This document shows, in pieces, positions 59,495 to 64,000 of a DNA stretch of 64,000 bases. A model generated the notes under the pieces. That model did no database searches and had not been told where the DNA came from. It worked only from the letters and a program-made list of their open reading frames with translations. Within the stretch, counting starts at the first letter, position 1. The number at the start of each line of letters is the position of its first letter. Origin of the DNA: Cyanobacteriota bacterium (GTDB lineage Bacteria > Cyanobacteriota > Vampirovibrionia > LMEP-6097); the NCBI GenBank assembly GCA_027618255.1, contig JAQCFG010000001.1, forward strand, positions 1,225 to 65,224, read 5' to 3'. The position numbers and the translations under genes were made by a program.

Positions 59495-60736
59495 ATGGGA
59501 GCAACTATAACTAATCCGGAGAAAGAAACTATGCAAATAGGCTTGGGGAAACAAACTCGCAGGGCTTATGGTTTTGATGAGATCGCCTTAGTACCAACTG
59601 GCAATACTCTAGATGTCGAGCTTTGTGACACTAGCTGGCAACTAGGTCAATTCAAATTTGATGTGCCAATTATCGCCAGTGCCATGGATTCAGTAGTGAG
59701 CCCAGAGAATGCAGGAATCATTGTTAACGAGGGTGCACTTGCAGTACTCAACCTCCAGGGAATTTATACTAGATACGAAGACTATTCCAAAGTACTAAGA
59801 GAGATGGCTCTTGCAACAAAAACAGAATTTGTTGAATTGATGCAAAAAATCTACAAAGAACCAATTAAACCTGAACTAGTCAAAAAAGTAGTTAAGCAAA
59901 TCAAAGCGAGTTTTAAAGATAAAGCAAAACCCGTTGCAATCTCACTTGCACCGTATCTAGCAAACGAATACTTACCTATACTTGAAGAGGCTGGTGTCGA
60001 TATCATCGTTATCCAATCAACGGTAGTTGGTCTTGAACATAGATCGGCTCCTAATAATCAATCTAAAGACCTACTTGATACAAAACCAACCCAACTCAAG
60101 CTAGAAGAATTTTGCAAAAGATCATCTATCCCAGTAGTAGTTGGCAATTGTGTTGATTACAAAATCGCTCTTAAATTAATGGACACAGGAATTGCTGGAC
60201 TATTAATCGGTATTGGACCAGGTGCTGCTTGCACATCTAGAGGCGTACTTGGCATTGGCGTACCAATGGCAACAGCAATCGCTGACTGCCGTCAAGCAAG
60301 AGATGATCATTATAAAGAAACCGGCAACTATGTGCCAATCATTGCAGACGGTGGTATGGGCATCGGTGGTGATATTTGTAAAGCAATAGCTTGCGGTGCT
60401 GACTCTGTAATGATTGGTTCACCATTTGCAAGAACAGTCGAAGCTCCTGCTCCTGGATTTCATTGGGGCATGGCAACGCCAAGCCCAGTACTTCCAAGAG
60501 GAACTAGAATCAAGGTTGGTACTCACTGTACGATTAATGAGTTAATTCATGGTCCAGCTAAAAGAGATGACGGAAGTCAAAATCTTTTGGGTGCACTCAA
60601 AACTTCAATGGCAACTCTTGGTGCCCAAAATCTTAAAGAGATGCAAGATGCTGAAGTTATTATTGCTCCTTCTATTTTGACTGAGGGGAAAGTATTTCAG
60701 ACGGCGCAGGAGATTGGCATGGGGTCGTCTAGATGA
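59495..60736 (+). CDS. IMP dehydrogenase/GMP reductase-family protein lacking CBS domains
   Basis: TIM-barrel motifs IGIGPGAACTSRGVLGIGVP and IADGGMGIGGDICKAIACGADSVMIG. Confidence 0.6.
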   Translation: MGATITNPEKETMQIGLGKQTRRAYGFDEIALVPTGNTLDVELCDTSWQLGQFKFDVPIIASAMDSVVSPENAGIIVNEGALAVLNLQGIYTRYEDYSKVLREMALATKTEFVELMQKIYKEPIKPELVKKVVKQIKASFKDKAKPVAISLAPYLANEYLPILEEAGVDIIVIQSTVVGLEHRSAPNNQSKDLLDTKPTQLKLEEFCKRSSIPVVVGNCVDYKIALKLMDTGIAGLLIGIGPGAACTSRGVLGIGVPMATAIADCRQARDDHYKETGNYVPIIADGGMGIGGDICKAIACGADSVMIGSPFARTVEAPAPGFHWGMATPSPVLPRGTRIKVGTHCTINELIHGPAKRDDGSQNLLGALKTSMATLGAQNLKEMQDAEVIIAPSILTEGKVFQTAQEIGMGSSR

Positions 60737-60748
60737 TACAATGAGGCT

Positions 60749-60910
60749 GTGAGCCCAACTGTATTTAAATACAAGAACTACAGATTCTTTTTCTTTTCAA
60801 GAGAAGAAACAAGGAGGCATATACATATAAGTTCTACTGAAGGTGAGGCAAAATTTTGGCTTGAACCAACAATTGAATTAGCAAAAGCATATAAGTTATC
60901 AGAAGTTTAA
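60749..60910 (+). CDS. DUF4160-family small protein (GTG start), absent from the ORF track
   Basis: The frame encodes (M)SPTVFKYKNYRFFFFSREETRRHIHISSTEGEAKFWLEPTIELAKAYKLSEV, matching the DUF4160 pattern. It lies 37 nt upstream of its usual DUF2442 partner. Confidence 0.45.
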   Translation: MSPTVFKYKNYRFFFFSREETRRHIHISSTEGEAKFWLEPTIELAKAYKLSEV

Positions 60911-60947
60911 CTCAATGAACTTCAAAAGATAGTAGAGGAGAAAAAAG

Positions 60948-61211
60948 ATGAAATCTGCAAAGCATGGAACAAACACTTCAAAAGTTGAAGTTGTCGGAAT
61001 CACGATGAATGGAATATGGCTCCATGTTAATGAAATGGAATATTTCCTACCATTTGAGGATTACCCTTGGTTCCAAGAAGCTAAATTAGGCGATATTCCC
61101 AAAGTAGAATTACTGCATGGACATCATTTGCGTTGGGATAAATTAGATATTGATATAGAACTTGAATCACTCACCAATATTGAAAAGTATCCACTTAAGT
61201 ATCAACGCTGA
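60948..61211 (+). CDS. DUF2442-family protein
   Basis: VVGITMNGIWLHV...HHLRWDKLDIDIELESL; a strong AGGAG Shine-Dalgarno lies upstream. Confidence 0.6.
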   Translation: MKSAKHGTNTSKVEVVGITMNGIWLHVNEMEYFLPFEDYPWFQEAKLGDIPKVELLHGHHLRWDKLDIDIELESLTNIEKYPLKYQR

Positions 61212-62257
61212 TGTCTAAACCATTATTCATCCTAGTAATCTCCGGCACCGATACCATCAAGCACCCAGGTATCTCAGCTGCTGGCGCCACTCAAGACATG
61301 CTCAAATACACTGCTGCACTTGACGCGGAGTTTATTTATCATGGCAAAGTCAAAACCCTTCCAGAGCTGCCAGTTTCACCTGATGGCATCGTAAGTCCTG
61401 CACTTATTAGCAAAGCCTGTCTCAACTTGATGCATATACCAAGTATCATTATTGACGCGGGAGCTCACGTCAAACCTCAATGCCCATATATCCAAGTTCG
61501 CTATCAGCCTGCAGCAGACATCTCAACAGGCAAAGCCATGACTCGCCATGAGGTACTTGAATTAATTCTTACAGGCAATGAACTAGCTGAAGAATTTGCA
61601 GATTTTGATGAATTGATTATTGCCGAGTGTGTAGTCGGAGGAACAACTACTGCACTTGGTTTACTGACTGCACTTGGTTATGACTGCCTGGATATGGTTT
61701 CTAGTAGTTTTCCAAATGGTAATCATGCTTTGAAGCGGGAGATTATAGAGCAAGGCTTGTCGCGTCGTAACGAAGCGAAGACCGGAGTGAAGACGGATGA
61801 CGGACTATCAGCACTTGCTGCCATGGGTGATCCAAGCCAAGCATTAATTGCAGGACTAGTGCAAGGCTCTAAGCAAGAAGTCACACTTGCAGGTGGGACG
61901 CAGATGCTAGCAATCGCTGCGCTCATCAAAAGACTAGGCAAAGAAGCTCAGTTTAGTATTTCACCAAGCCCTTGGGTAATCAAAGACCAATCAGCAAAGT
62001 TCTTTGAGCTACATCAACTTGTTTGTCCAGAGATTGAAATCAAAAACCTAGAACTCAAAGCCTGCCAAAGCCTAGAACTAGAAGACAAAGTCAAAGAACT
62101 CTCTGGTTTAGAACTTAAAGATATATTTGCTAGATACGATGAGGGTCATGTCAAAGAAGGTGTGGGCATGGGTGCTTTGCTCACAAGGTTGATTTCTGCA
62201 GCTCAGTGCGAATATCATCCGACTTCACCGACAAAGGGCTTTCAGCTTAGATTTTAG
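61211..62257 (+). CDS. UPF0284 / CobT-like (NaMN:DMB phosphoribosyltransferase-like) protein
   Basis: ILVISGTDTIKHPGISAAGA and VVGGTTTALGLLTALG motifs. Confidence 0.55.
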   Translation: MSKPLFILVISGTDTIKHPGISAAGATQDMLKYTAALDAEFIYHGKVKTLPELPVSPDGIVSPALISKACLNLMHIPSIIIDAGAHVKPQCPYIQVRYQPAADISTGKAMTRHEVLELILTGNELAEEFADFDELIIAECVVGGTTTALGLLTALGYDCLDMVSSSFPNGNHALKREIIEQGLSRRNEAKTGVKTDDGLSALAAMGDPSQALIAGLVQGSKQEVTLAGGTQMLAIAALIKRLGKEAQFSISPSPWVIKDQSAKFFELHQLVCPEIEIKNLELKACQSLELEDKVKELSGLELKDIFARYDEGHVKEGVGMGALLTRLISAAQCEYHPTSPTKGFQLRF

Positions 62258-62337
62258 CCATTACCTGAGCCGATCAGCACAAATAATCGGCTCATCCAAG
62301 GGTTATTTATGAGCCGATTACGTGGTATAATCGGCTC

Positions 62338-63441
62338 ATGGCATACAACTGGCAACTAAAAGACTGGCCTGATTTTAGTTATGACTTAGCCCAAATTCAT
62401 GACTTGTTGATTGATTCAGTTGAAAGAATCTCTTTACTTACCGGTGGAATCAAAGAACTTGAAGACAAGAATAAACTAGATGCCGTTATCAAAATCATGC
62501 TATCTGAAGCTCTAAAAAGTTCAGAGATTGAGGGAGAACTTCTTAATCAAGAAGCAGTCTTCTCTTCAATTAGACAACAGATGGGATTAAAACCCACTCT
62601 TAGTCAAAAAAATTCTAAAGCAGACTCAATCACGAGAGTAATTGTTGATGCGTACAGAAGCTTTGATAAAACTCTTACAATCAAACAACTCAACAATTGG
62701 CACGCAAGTTTATTTCAAGATCATAAAGATATTGTAGTTGGTGACTTTCGAAAACATAAAGAACCAATGCAAGTTGTCTCTGGAGATATTGGCAAACCCA
62801 AAATCCATTTCCAAGCGCCTCCCTCAGCTAGTTTAAAGAAAGAGATGCGCGATTTTGTTAAGTGGTTCAATCAAACAGCAAGCAAACAAGACCAAGAAAT
62901 CAAAGCCGCACCAATACGTGCAGCTATTACTCATTTGTATTTTGAATCAATTCATCCCTATGAAGATGGTAACGGGCGCATTGGTAGAGTGCTTGCAGAA
63001 AAAGCATTATCACAAACAATGGGCTATCCATTGATTATTTGCATGTCATTAGAGATAGAATCCAAGAAAAAACTCTATTATTCCAAGCTCGAAGAAGCTC
63101 AAAAATCTAATGAGATCACCGAATGGTTAGAATATTTTTTAGCAATGCTCATCAAAGCAAGTTATAGAACCGAGAAAATAATCCAATTTGTTATCAAAAA
63201 ATCACAATTCTTCAAGCGTCACAGTCAAAGACTCAACCAAAGACAAACCAAAACTGTTCAACGCATGCTAGAAGAAGGTGTTGAAGGTTTTCAAGGCGGC
63301 ATGACTGCTGCCAAATATATTAAAATCACAAAATGCTCTAAAGCCACAGCAACAAGAGACCTCGCTGATTTATTAGAATCTGCTGTTTTCATTAAACGAC
63401 CAGGAGAAGGTAGAAGCACAAGTTATGACTTGAATCTTTGA
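62338..63441 (+). CDS. Fic/Doc-family protein (probable AMPylase) with a C-terminal winged helix
   Basis: HPYEDGNGRIGR matches the Fic motif HPFx(D/E)GNGR. Confidence 0.8.
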   Translation: MAYNWQLKDWPDFSYDLAQIHDLLIDSVERISLLTGGIKELEDKNKLDAVIKIMLSEALKSSEIEGELLNQEAVFSSIRQQMGLKPTLSQKNSKADSITRVIVDAYRSFDKTLTIKQLNNWHASLFQDHKDIVVGDFRKHKEPMQVVSGDIGKPKIHFQAPPSASLKKEMRDFVKWFNQTASKQDQEIKAAPIRAAITHLYFESIHPYEDGNGRIGRVLAEKALSQTMGYPLIICMSLEIESKKKLYYSKLEEAQKSNEITEWLEYFLAMLIKASYRTEKIIQFVIKKSQFFKRHSQRLNQRQTKTVQRMLEEGVEGFQGGMTAAKYIKITKCSKATATRDLADLLESAVFIKRPGEGRSTSYDLNL

Positions 63442-63488
63442 TTGATAGGGTTCTCAATGTGGAATTGTTGAGAGCTGACCGTCCTCCC

Positions 63489-63992
63489 TCATATCCAGCC
63501 TTGTTCTTGGGCATGAGATTTTAATTCCCTAATATTCCTAGAGATAGTCTCAACACTGGGTAATCCCACCCAAGTAAGATCTTCCTCCAATTCAGAAGCA
63601 TATTCATCACAAAACCCCAACCACATTACAACAATATCTTTTACATGATATTTTACAAAACTTGTATTTGTAATAAAGTCCTTCCCCTTTAATTGTCTAG
63701 TTTTATACTCTTCCTCCATTGCTTCAAAGTAATCAAGCATAAATTGATAATCTTCTTCTTCTGCTTTGCGGCAAGGATCAGCAAACAATCTATCACCATT
63801 AGAGTAGGTTGGTCTGTCCTTGTAGTGACTCCAAAAATAAATTGACTCATCGACTGCTAAGTTATTGAATATATAGACAAATCCTGCCTCTTCACCGTTG
63901 AAAAGATCGAGATAGTCTCTCTCCTCTTGCTCAGATTGTCCAGCCTTAGTTATAAAACGATGTAGGAAACATAAAAAAGTTGCGACAAACAC
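63489..63992 (-). CDS. Hypothetical acidic protein
   Basis: 167-aa ORF near the window edge; no recognisable motifs. Confidence 0.35.
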   Translation of the reverse strand: MFVATFLCFLHRFITKAGQSEQEERDYLDLFNGEEAGFVYIFNNLAVDESIYFWSHYKDRPTYSNGDRLFADPCRKAEEEDYQFMLDYFEAMEEEYKTRQLKGKDFITNTSFVKYHVKDIVVMWLGFCDEYASELEEDLTWVGLPSVETISRNIRELKSHAQEQGWI

Positions 63993-64000
63993 GATGTAGT

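Overview
This is an AT-rich bacterial chromosomal window holding about 65 protein genes, three tRNAs and several repeat families; I found no rRNA and no CRISPR array. The lineage is unknown; a Ycf45/SpoIIIAA-like ATPase, a UPF0284 CobT-like protein, an NdhC/NuoA-like gene with no adjacent nuo genes and a ferredoxin-type sulfite reductase hint weakly at Cyanobacteria/Melainabacteria. Coordinates I derived from the line labels (tRNAs, repeats, hairpins) may be off by 1-2 nt.

Layout: (i) 1-3.8 kb is core: a 5'-truncated BioA-like aminotransferase, an MraY/WecA-family transferase, a membrane protein and a DapB-like oxidoreductase. (ii) 3.8-17.4 kb is an accessory region ending at a minus-strand tRNA-Lys(UUU). 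It holds a Pif1-like helicase, a LysM+amidase_3 protein, an atypical kinase-like protein and a decayed N-terminal fragment of a serine recombinase. It also holds three ~190-nt direct repeats that each begin with a copy of a tRNA 3' end (about 30 nt), two nearly identical palindromic terminators, a 780-aa AAA_13 ATPase with a zinc hook and a PrrC/RloC-type anticodon-nuclease motif, and an intact large serine recombinase whose 3' end is duplicated as a ~176-bp inverted repeat 4.6 kb away. (iii) Next come umuD-like/umuC, a tRNA-Gln(UUG), two secreted proteins, clpP-clpX, a PLP decarboxylase, an alpha/beta-hydrolase/M23 peptidase fusion, a ferredoxin-domain protein and a Ycf45-like ATPase. (iv) 30.6-35.3 kb is a four-gene cluster of uncharacterised coiled-coil/hydrophobic proteins, two of them paralogs. 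(v) 35-50 kb is housekeeping: uvrB, folD, nuoA, a redoxin, a LysR regulator, ribE, a PPIase, rplS, ilvA-like, aspS, hom, mlaE-like and rsmG. (vi) Then come an initiator-like tRNA-Met followed by a 24-nt inverted repeat and a GIY-YIG gene, a TusA-like protein, tpiA, an ECF sigma pair, a sulfite reductase, cysH, sirC and cobA (siroheme synthesis). (vii) The window ends with a dispersed intergenic repeat carrying a MITE-like insertion, an IMPDH-family gene, a DUF4160/DUF2442 pair, a UPF0284 protein and a Fic protein.

The most interesting locus is the composite island at tRNA-Lys, which carries the RloC-like tRNA-targeting nuclease; the 30.6-35.3 kb paralog cluster comes second.
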